This document shows, in pieces, positions 38,490 through 45,756 of a DNA stretch of 64,000 nt. The position numbers were made by a program, and so were the translations under genes. The DNA comes from Gemmatimonadota bacterium. Lineage in GTDB: Bacteria; Gemmatimonadota; Gemmatimonadetes; Palauibacterales; KS3-K002. The stretch's first letter is position 1, and every line of letters begins with the position of its first letter. Under the pieces are notes generated by a model that made no database searches, had not been told where the DNA came from, and was given only the letters and a program-made list of their open reading frames with translations. The DNA lies in NCBI GenBank assembly GCA_039588015.1, contig JBDHAS010000023.1, forward strand, positions 6,868-70,867, read 5' to 3'.

Positions 38490-39038
38490 ATGATGAAATT
38501 GGCTCGGGCCATTTCGGCAGCACTGCTGTTCGGCGTACTGACGCCACCGACTTTGGTAGGGCAGGAAGCTTCGGCGTCCGCGGTGCCGGAGGCGAATCCA
38601 GCCGATGTCGAGTCCATCGACGCGATAATAGGTGCCGTCTACGATGTCATATCGGGCCCGGCTGGGCCTCGTGATTGGGATCGCATGCGGTCGCTCTTCA
38701 TCCCTGAGGCGAGGCTCATCTCCGTCCGCATGGGCGCGGATGGACAATTCCGCAAGCGGGCGATGGACTTGGAGGGCTACATTCAGGGAGCCGGAGCCTA
38801 CCTCGAGCAGAGCGGCTTCTTCGAGCGGGAACTGGCCCGGCGGACCGAGCGGTTCGAGTACGTGGCCCACGCTTTCAGTACGTACGAGTCGCTCCGCAAC
38901 GCTGACGATACGGAGCCATTCTCCCGCGGCATCAACAGCTTCCAGTTGATGAACGACGGACAGCGGTGGTGGGTGGTGACGATCTATTGGGAAGCGGAGT
39001 CGCCTGAGAAGCCTATTCCCAAGAAGTACCTGCCGTAG
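38490..39038 (+). CDS. Hypothetical secreted protein (possibly NTF2/SnoaL-like fold)
   Basis: The ATG at 38490 follows GGGAGG and gives the signal peptide MMKLARAISAALLFGVLTPPTLVGQ. The ORF track starts at 38412. The fold guess is weak. Confidence 0.55.
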   Translation: MMKLARAISAALLFGVLTPPTLVGQEASASAVPEANPADVESIDAIIGAVYDVISGPAGPRDWDRMRSLFIPEARLISVRMGADGQFRKRAMDLEGYIQGAGAYLEQSGFFERELARRTERFEYVAHAFSTYESLRNADDTEPFSRGINSFQLMNDGQRWWVVTIYWEAESPEKPIPKKYLP

Positions 39039-39119
39039 GCAGACCGACGCGTGCTTGTGTCTCTTTGAACCCCCTGGGCCCAGTGATAATGGTCCAGACC
39101 CCAACCATCAGGAGGAAAC

Positions 39120-39962
39120 GTGCGAAAGAGGCGATTGATATCGGTAGTGGCGGTTGCCGCCGCCATTGCCCTGTGGGCGGTGCCGGCGGCAACACAAGAA
39201 CTGCCGGCCGACAACGATGGTGCGCTGGCGCGGTTGGACGCGTCGCCCCGGCACGGCGAGTGGGTGAAATACGACGCCGGCGCAGGCGACTCGGTGACGG
39301 CTTGGGCGGTCTACCCAGAACGCGGCGACAAGGCACCCGTGGTCGTGGTCATCCACGAGATCTACGGTCTCACCGACTGGATACGTGGCGTGGCGGACCA
39401 GTTGGCAGCGGCAGGCTTCATCGCTATCGCCCCGGATCTGCTCAGCGGCAAGGGTCCCGGCGGCGGTGGAACGGACTCGGTTGACCGACAGGGCGCTGTT
39501 CGGCTCGTGCGTGAGCTGGATCGAAGCCCCGACGGTGAAGTGGTGCGGCGACTGAACGCCGCGGTGAAGTATGCCACTTCACACCCGGCAGCGCGATCCG
39601 AGTTCGGTTCGGTCGGCTTCTGCTGGGGCGGCTCCACCAGCTTCGCGTACGCAGTGGCGCAGTCGAAACTCGGCGCAGCGGTTGTCTACTACGGATCCGC
39701 GCCCGCGAGCGAGGCTCTCGCAAATATCGAGGCACCGGTTCTTGGCCTCTACGGTGGCGACGACGCGCGGGTGAACGCGACAATCGCGCCGGCGGACGAG
39801 GAGATGAAACGGCTCGGCAAGCGCTACGAGTACGAGATATACGACGGTGCCGGTCACGGCTTTTTGCGTCAGCAGAGCGGCAGGGATGGCGCCAACCAGC
39901 GCGCGACGGAGCAGGCCTGGCCGCGCACCGTAGCCTTCTTCAGGGCCGAGCTCGGCAGCTAG
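39120..39962 (+). CDS. Dienelactone hydrolase family protein, secreted
   Basis: 280-aa ORF with a signal peptide. Matching segments are VVVIHEIYGLTDWIRGVADQLAAAGFIAIAPDL, GFCWGG and GAGHGF. Confidence 0.8.
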   Translation: MRKRRLISVVAVAAAIALWAVPAATQELPADNDGALARLDASPRHGEWVKYDAGAGDSVTAWAVYPERGDKAPVVVVIHEIYGLTDWIRGVADQLAAAGFIAIAPDLLSGKGPGGGGTDSVDRQGAVRLVRELDRSPDGEVVRRLNAAVKYATSHPAARSEFGSVGFCWGGSTSFAYAVAQSKLGAAVVYYGSAPASEALANIEAPVLGLYGGDDARVNATIAPADEEMKRLGKRYEYEIYDGAGHGFLRQQSGRDGANQRATEQAWPRTVAFFRAELGS

Positions 39963-40019
39963 CCGAGCCCGGCTGCGAGCCCGGCTGCTAGGCAGCTCCC
40001 GACCGAAGGAGCCTGTCGC

Positions 40020-41294
40020 TCAGAAGGCCAGGCTGAGGCCGGCGGTCCAGCGGGTCGACTCCTGCTCGATGTCCCAGCCGCCCTCGAACAACGTCCTGAG
40101 GTTTCGGCGCCAAATCCAGCCAACACCTCCGGTGACGGTATGGTATTTCCTGACGTTGTCCGGTCCGCCGAGGCGAACGTTTAGGAGTGGCTGGTCACAG
40201 TAGACGTAGTTGTAGAGGCCCAGAACATACCAGCGCGAGTTGCGCAGACGGTAGATTGCCTCTAGGAACCCGCCGTCGGTCTTTGCCTCCGGACCGCCTT
40301 CCGTGAAGGTTGGATTCTCATCTTTGCGGTGGATGTACTGTGCGTTGATCTCGACTTCGCCGAGGCTCAGCGTCGCATCCGCTCCTACCATCCAAAGCTT
40401 GTCTTCGATGCTAGGCTCCCCGGCCGCCTCGTCCAGGTCCTGGCGGCCGTAGTATCCCATGGCGCCGACTCTGAGGTTCGGCAGGACTGGCCAGTTCAGA
40501 TGGCCGAAGAAGTCCTTTGGCGCGTCGTTATCCAGCCGGCGGTTCTCGTTGTCTGGTCCCCTGCCGTTCCCGTTTACGACCGTTCCGGTGAGGGTCAATT
40601 CGGAGATGTCCCACATCGCGGAGATCCCGCGGTCGTAGGTGAGATCCTGCGGCGCATCTCCTACGCGGGCCCGGTAAACCGCGTAGTCCTCGAATTCTAG
40701 TCGCAGCTCCCGCTTGAACATCGGGTCCGATACCTGAAACTGGCCAACCTGTATGTCGATCGGTGCGCCTCCGATATCGTTGAAGTAGACGAAGGCATCC
40801 TCCACGCCGCCGACCTCGCCGCGCTCGAACAAGAAGAAGTAGAAGTAGTAGGAGACACCTTTGAAGAGCGCACCACCCGAAAGGATCTTCATGTTGTAAG
40901 GCGTCTTCAGATCCGTCGCGAATCCGTTCGTGAACGCTTGAACGTACGCATCCATGCGCACGGCGAGCGGCACTGTCTGCAGGAGCTCGAGCAGTGCGTC
41001 CCCGGTGTCGACGGTATCTCTCGGCGCTTCTCCAGCCGAGAAGCGAAATCCATTACCGGCGAAGGTCTCACCGAAGTCGTTGAGTGTTGGCGCGGGGTTG
41101 TGGCAGAGCTGGCAGCTGACGCGGTACTTCCGCGCAAAGGCGGGAATCGCGTCTGCGCTGGCGCTACCAAGGAGTAGTAGTATGAGTCCCAGCCCCAAGG
41201 GTCGGATCACAGACCGTGATCGCGATGTCGCTTCACTTCTCCTGGAGTCTAGCACGGCAGCACCTCCGGTCGTAGCGTGGACAGCCAGGTACAT
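40020..41294 (-). CDS. Predicted outer-membrane beta-barrel protein with N-terminal CxxCH motif (start uncertain)
   Basis: 424-aa ORF with a signal peptide ending SASADA. FARKYRVSCQLCHNPAPTLNDFGETF follows. The rest shows alternating-hydrophobic beta-strand character and ends in aromatic ...GLSLAF, typical of OMP barrels. An alternative GTG start lies at 41210. Confidence 0.65.
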   Translation of the reverse strand: MYLAVHATTGGAAVLDSRRSEATSRSRSVIRPLGLGLILLLLGSASADAIPAFARKYRVSCQLCHNPAPTLNDFGETFAGNGFRFSAGEAPRDTVDTGDALLELLQTVPLAVRMDAYVQAFTNGFATDLKTPYNMKILSGGALFKGVSYYFYFFLFERGEVGGVEDAFVYFNDIGGAPIDIQVGQFQVSDPMFKRELRLEFEDYAVYRARVGDAPQDLTYDRGISAMWDISELTLTGTVVNGNGRGPDNENRRLDNDAPKDFFGHLNWPVLPNLRVGAMGYYGRQDLDEAAGEPSIEDKLWMVGADATLSLGEVEINAQYIHRKDENPTFTEGGPEAKTDGGFLEAIYRLRNSRWYVLGLYNYVYCDQPLLNVRLGGPDNVRKYHTVTGGVGWIWRRNLRTLFEGGWDIEQESTRWTAGLSLAF

Positions 41295-41471
41295 GCTCTC
41301 CTATCTGTTCATTGTCTCCGAACTAGGCCCCTTTGACGCAAGGACCGTACGCGGGCATACGGGCGCTGGAGTAGTAGTGTGCCCTCCATCCGATGTCGCT
41401 TGTCGCCCCAAAGCGGTACGCGAGACGGGCGGCAGTGTCCCGGGAGCACGTTCGTATAGAAGTCGCTGGCT

Positions 41472-41864
41472 TCAAACGTCAGGGCAAACGGCGTCTGCTT
41501 CTACCTCGATCAGCATGTCTGGATCGATGAGGCCTTTCACCTCGACCATCGTTGTCGCCGGTGGGTGATCGCCGAAGAACTCCGCGTGAGCTCTTCCGAA
41601 CTCTTCCCAGCGAGCGATGTCGGTCACGAACATGCGCGTGCGCACGACGCATGTAAGATCGGCGTCCAGGTTCTCGAGCGCCTGCCGGATGATCTCAAAG
41701 CAACGCCTTGCCTGCGCGTGCCCATCGCCGGGGGCGAAGACGCTACCGTCTTCGGCGACGGGCGCTGTGCCCGTGACGAATATTCGGGAGCCGGCGCGGA
41801 GCGCGCGGCAGTAGCCGACACGCTCTTCCCACGGCGCCCCAGAATAGGTTCGCTGAAATCGCAT
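41472..41864 (-). CDS. ridA: RidA/YjgF/TdcF-family reactive-intermediate deaminase
   Basis: 130-aa ORF. RIFVTGTAPV, RTRMFVTDI and PATTMVEV..L...MLIEVEADA are typical of the RidA family. Confidence 0.8.
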   Translation of the reverse strand: MRFQRTYSGAPWEERVGYCRALRAGSRIFVTGTAPVAEDGSVFAPGDGHAQARRCFEIIRQALENLDADLTCVVRTRMFVTDIARWEEFGRAHAEFFGDHPPATTMVEVKGLIDPDMLIEVEADAVCPDV

Positions 41865-41889
41865 CGCGTCACGTCTCCGCTATTGGAAG

Positions 41890-42168
41890 CTACTGGGGTA
41901 CCCAGATGTTCTTTGCGTATACCACCACCGCGCTGCCGCCCAGCTGCAATTGCGACGAGGATTTGGTGTAGAAGGCGAGTCCCTTGTAGCTGGTGATGTA
42001 CTTATAGCTGATCTTCCCGAAGATCTTGGACCTGGCGACGACGACCAGCGGCTCGTCGGCTCGGTAAAGGATCTGCAGGAAGTCGTTCGGCTCCATGCGA
42101 ACGATCGCGCCCGATGCCTTGGTCGCTTGGGCAATCGCTGCCGCGGCTGCTGCCCCGCCGCTGTGCAT
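41890..42168 (-). CDS. Hypothetical small protein (92 aa)
   Basis: This is the 3-prime part of track ORF 41890..42726. The ATG at 42168 is preceded by GAGGAGGA 6 nt upstream. Its composition (MEPNDFLQILYRADEPLVVVARSKIFGKISYKYITSYKGLAFYTK) is protein-like. The upstream part of the long ORF is Arg/Ser/Pro junk opposite the tupA-like gene. It lies 25 nt upstream of ridA. Confidence 0.55.
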   Translation of the reverse strand: MHSGGAAAAAAIAQATKASGAIVRMEPNDFLQILYRADEPLVVVARSKIFGKISYKYITSYKGLAFYTKSSSQLQLGGSAVVVYAKNIWVPQ

Positions 42169-42256
42169 AGGTGTCCTCCTCGGGTTCCAGTGTACTACCT
42201 TGGGTTGGGCCAGGTGGGAAAATTGGGGCTGGCTACGAAACGCCGCAAATGATGGG

Positions 42257-43084
42257 ATGCTTCTGATGCTCGGCGCTCCTTCACGCATCTGCGTCGTATC
42301 GCTCATTCTCGTTCTTAGCGTCAACGGGTGCGGGAGTGACGATCGCACGACGCTGACCCTCGGCATCCCCACGACGGTAGAAGACTCGGGATTGCTCGAT
42401 GCGTTGCTGCCGGTCTTCGAAAACAGCCATCCCGAGTATCGGGTGAGATTCGTCGCCGGTGGCAGCGGCGAGCTCCTGGCCCTCGCGGCCCGCGGCGATC
42501 TGGATGCCCTGCTTAGCCACTCGCCTCGTGCTGAGGAGCGGTTCATGGAAGATGGACGAGGCCTGAGCCGGCGGCGGGTCATGGAGAACGACTTCGTGCT
42601 GGTTGGGCCGGGATCCGACCCGGCCGGCGTCCGGGGCTTGGCGAACGCCGCTGTCGCTCTGACGCGCATCGCCGAGGCGGAGGCGCCGTTCCTTTCGCGC
42701 GGTGATGATTCCGGCACCCATCGCAAGGAGCTAGAACTCTGGGCCGAGGCGGGCCAGTCGCCTGAGGCGTCAGGCTATCGAGAGGCGGGTGAAGGCATGG
42801 CGGCGGTTCTGCGAGCTGCCTCGGGCCTTGGCTCGTACGCCTTGTGCGACCGCGCGACCTACATGAACCTGCGGGAAACACTCGATCTCGAAGTCATCGC
42901 GGAGGGTGACCCGCGGCTGATCAATGTCTACCATGTGATCGTGGTGTCGGATGCACGGGCGATCGAGGCCGCCGAGGCATTCGCCGGCTGGATCACTTCT
43001 GAGGATGGTCGGCGCGAGATTACGGCTTACGGGGTGGAGCGGTTTGGCACGTCGCTCTTCCGGCCAGCGGAGGATGAGTCGTAG
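42257..43084 (+). CDS. TupA/WtpA-like tungstate (molybdate-family oxyanion) substrate-binding protein, lipoprotein, orphan
   Basis: The ATG at 42257 gives MLLMLGAPSRICVVSLILVLSVNGC, which contains a lipobox. TTVEDSGLLDALLPVFE..VAGGSGELLALAARGDLDALLSHSP..NDFVLVGPGSDPAGV matches the TupA/PBP_like_2 pattern TT.DSGLL..L...FE...GTG.AL..G..GDaDvll.H....E..NdFvivGP..DPAg. Confidence 0.7.
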   Translation: MLLMLGAPSRICVVSLILVLSVNGCGSDDRTTLTLGIPTTVEDSGLLDALLPVFENSHPEYRVRFVAGGSGELLALAARGDLDALLSHSPRAEERFMEDGRGLSRRRVMENDFVLVGPGSDPAGVRGLANAAVALTRIAEAEAPFLSRGDDSGTHRKELELWAEAGQSPEASGYREAGEGMAAVLRAASGLGSYALCDRATYMNLRETLDLEVIAEGDPRLINVYHVIVVSDARAIEAAEAFAGWITSEDGRREITAYGVERFGTSLFRPAEDES

Positions 43085-43108
43085 GACACGCAATAAGGAC
43101 GGCTGACT

Positions 43109-43387
43109 CTACCAGCTGATCTTGCCTTCTTGGCTGCTGTCGATCTCATCGCCTGCACCTTGCCCAAACAGGAAAGCCTCCACGTTCCGGCGGAGGTACT
43201 CGCGGGCTTCGGCCGCGCGTACGTCGAGGGCATAGTGGTTGATCAGCTGCATCTGTCGCTGAAGCCATTCGTCCCAGCATACCTGGCATATACTCTGGTG
43301 GATTCTCTCGCCCAATTGGTCCTTGAAGGGCGGCGATTCGACCCCCGGCCGCTCTTGGCCGCACCGGCTGCATTTGACTGTTGGCAT
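43109..43387 (-). CDS. yggX: Fe(2+)-trafficking / oxidative-damage protection protein YggX
   Basis: MPTVKCSRCGQERPG...GERIHQSICQVCWDEWLQRQMQLINHYALDVRAAEAREYLRRNVEAFLFG aligns with the YggX family pattern. The ATG is at 43387. The track ORF starts at a TTG at 43396. Confidence 0.8.
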   Translation of the reverse strand: MPTVKCSRCGQERPGVESPPFKDQLGERIHQSICQVCWDEWLQRQMQLINHYALDVRAAEAREYLRRNVEAFLFGQGAGDEIDSSQEGKISW

Positions 43388-43509
43388 GCTGCTCAAGCTC
43401 TCCTATTCTGCGGGTTCGGCGGTCGGTTCTACTCGTTCCGGGCGCGATGGCCTATTATCGCTTGGGGCGCGCTCGGCGCGGAAAGACCACAACTAAACGC
43501 ACAGCAGGC

Positions 43510-44265
43510 ATGATGGCAACGGAAGCGCTACGGCGCGTGACCGTGGTACTCAACCAGCCCAAGGATCCGGTGAACATCGGTGCCGTTGTGAGGGCGATGA
43601 AGAACATGGGCCTTGGCCGGCTCCACCTCGTTCAGCCGGCCGAGTTCAACCCCTATCGGATTGAAGGTGTCGCCCACACAGGGCTGGATGTGATCGAGTC
43701 AGCCGAACTCTTTGACCGGCTAGACGAAGCACTGGCCGGGTCGCGCCTGGTCGTCGGTACGACAGCCCGCGGGCGTGCCGCGCGACGCAACTACCGCCGC
43801 CCGCGCGAGGCCGCGAGCGAAATCCTGGAAGCAGCGCGCTCTGGGCAGGAAGTGTCGTTGGTCTTTGGGCGAGAGGATCGAGGCTTGAGCAACGAAGAGC
43901 TAGACCTCTGTGACAGGGTCGTGGTAATACCCACCGATCCGGAGCACTCGAGCCTGAATCTGGCGCAGGCGGTACTGGTCCTGACCTACGAGATCTGGAT
44001 GGCGACGGATGTCGAGCTGCCTTTCAAGGATCCGCGACGCGTGAGCGTTCGCGCCAGTCGTCAAGCACTGGAGTCGCTATTCAAGGAAATCGAGGCATCG
44101 CTGCACGCGATAGAGTTCTTCAAGGCGCACAGAGAGATGCCGATCATGCGCACCGTACGGGAAGTGGCGGCGCGGGCGGACCTCGACGAGCGCGAAACCG
44201 CGCTGTTCAAGGCCATGGCTCACGAGGTGCGTCACTTCTTGGCAAGGCGTGGGATCGATGAATAA
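43510..44265 (+). CDS. SpoU/TrmH-class RNA 2'-O-methyltransferase (TrmJ-like)
   Basis: The start is the ATG at 43510. Matching segments are VVLNQPKDPVNIGAVVRAMKNMG, LVFGREDRGLSNEEL and IPTDPEHSSLNLAQAV (SPOUT knot motifs). Confidence 0.8.
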   Translation: MMATEALRRVTVVLNQPKDPVNIGAVVRAMKNMGLGRLHLVQPAEFNPYRIEGVAHTGLDVIESAELFDRLDEALAGSRLVVGTTARGRAARRNYRRPREAASEILEAARSGQEVSLVFGREDRGLSNEELDLCDRVVVIPTDPEHSSLNLAQAVLVLTYEIWMATDVELPFKDPRRVSVRASRQALESLFKEIEASLHAIEFFKAHREMPIMRTVREVAARADLDERETALFKAMAHEVRHFLARRGIDE

Positions 44266-44316
44266 ACGCAGCCCTGGCGTGTACGCTACTACGGAAGCCA
44301 GCGGCTGGAGGCCGTT

Positions 44317-44901
44317 GTGGAGATTGCTTTGGCGGAGGAGCGTATAGAAAGCGAGCGGGCCCTTGTGGCGCGGGCCCGCTCTGGAGATCGGCGTGCTTTT
44401 GGCGAACTGGTGAACCGCTATATGCAGCGCGCCTACTACGCCGCTTTAGGGTTGATAGGCTCACACGAGGATGCGCTCGATCTGTCCCAGGAAGCATTCG
44501 CTCGGGCGTTTCGCGCCCGGGCTTCACTCGATCCGGATCGCCCCTTCTATGCTTGGCTCTACCAGATCGTGCGGAGGCTATGCTTCAACTTCCTCCGCGA
44601 TCGTAGCACCCGCCGCCGTCGCTTGGACGAGGCGACGCCCTGGTTGGTGCAGGAGGCGGGTGTGCGGGCCGCGCAGAGTGACCCGGCTAAGAGCGCTGAG
44701 CGGGCCGAGTTGCGGGCCAGGGTCCAGGCGGCGATCGAGAAGCTGCCGGAGCGCGAGCGCGAGGTGCTCGTGCTGAAGGAGTTCGAGGGACTGCGCTATC
44801 GGGAGATCGCGGAACTCCTGAACGTGCCGATCGGGACTGTGATGTCGCGTCTGTACTATGCCCGCAAGGATTTGGCAGAGCATTTGGGAGAAGGATCGTG
44901 A
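44317..44901 (+). CDS. ECF-type RNA polymerase sigma-70 factor
   Basis: 194-aa ORF. Region 2 is FGELVNRYMQRAYYAALGLIGSHEDALDLSQEAF..WLYQIVRR. Region 4 is REVLVLKEFEGLRYREIAELLNVPIGTVMSRLYYARKDL. Confidence 0.9.
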   Translation: MEIALAEERIESERALVARARSGDRRAFGELVNRYMQRAYYAALGLIGSHEDALDLSQEAFARAFRARASLDPDRPFYAWLYQIVRRLCFNFLRDRSTRRRRLDEATPWLVQEAGVRAAQSDPAKSAERAELRARVQAAIEKLPEREREVLVLKEFEGLRYREIAELLNVPIGTVMSRLYYARKDLAEHLGEGS

Positions 44902-45365
44902 GCGAGAGGGAAGCGCTTCCTGGCGATGAGCGGGTCCGCCAGCTGTTGATGAGCGCGCTGGATGGCGAGCTGACCGGGCGAGAGCGCCAGGAGCTGGAGA
45001 GTCTACTTAACGCCGATTCGAGCTTGAGAGACGAGTGGGATCGGCTAACGAGGGTCAAGGAGGTGACGCAGAGTATGAGCCTGCGAAAGCCGCCGGACGA
45101 AGTCTGGGAGGACTACTGGGCATCGGTCTACAGCCGCCTCGAGAGGGGTATCGGCTGGATACTCGTGTCCATTGGCCTGATCGTGCTGGTTTCCTACGGA
45201 GCTTGGAGGGGCGTTGAAGAACTCATCGCCGATGCCGGATTGCCCTGGTTCTTGAAGGGTGCGATCCTGGCTACAACCGTAGGACTGGTCGTGCTGTTCG
45301 TGTCTGTACTCAGAGAAAAGCTATTCGTCAGAGGCAGGGATCCGTACAAGGAAATTCAGAGATGA
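44898..45365 (+). CDS. Putative anti-sigma factor, membrane-bound
   Basis: 155-aa ORF overlapping the sigma-factor stop (GTGA). The N-terminal LLMSALDGELTGRERQELESLL is typical of anti-sigma N-domains. It has two TM helices. Confidence 0.65.
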   Translation: MSEREALPGDERVRQLLMSALDGELTGRERQELESLLNADSSLRDEWDRLTRVKEVTQSMSLRKPPDEVWEDYWASVYSRLERGIGWILVSIGLIVLVSYGAWRGVEELIADAGLPWFLKGAILATTVGLVVLFVSVLREKLFVRGRDPYKEIQR

Positions 45366-45682
45366 TTATCACGCCAGCAGCTGGGATTGCCGGACACACT
45401 GTCGTAAGAACCTTGGGCCTCGTACGAGGCAATACGATTCGGGCTCGTCACATGGGGCGCGACATACTGGCCGTGCTCAAGAATCTGGTCGGCGGCGAGA
45501 TCGAGGAGTATACGAAGATGATGGCCGAAAGTCGCGAGCAGGCGGTCGATCGTATGGTCGCGGAAGCGAATGAACTGGGGGCCAACGCGATCACGGACGT
45601 CGGTTTCGCGACATCGTATATGATGGGCGCGGCATCGGAGATACTCGTGTTCGGGAACGCGGTGATCGTTGAGCCCGAGTGA
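45362..45682 (+). CDS. ybjQ: YbjQ/UPF0145-family protein
   Basis: 106-aa ORF overlapping the upstream stop (ATGA). Matching segments are GLVRGNTIRARHMGRDILAVLKNLVGGEIEEYTKMMAESREQAVDRMVAEANELGANAI and FGNAV. Confidence 0.8.
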   Translation: MIITPAAGIAGHTVVRTLGLVRGNTIRARHMGRDILAVLKNLVGGEIEEYTKMMAESREQAVDRMVAEANELGANAITDVGFATSYMMGAASEILVFGNAVIVEPE

Positions 45683-45756
45683 CCGCTCTTCCGGCTATAG
45701 AGCACGCTGCAGATCCGGTTTAGGCGAGCGACGGGGCTCCGAGGGGCGGTAGACTG

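Noticed and set aside
42169-42726. Upstream 186 codons of track ORF 41890..42726(-)
   Set aside because: This part is Arg/Ser/Pro-rich and antisense to the well-supported tupA-like gene. Only the last 92 codons, which have their own strong RBS, look real.
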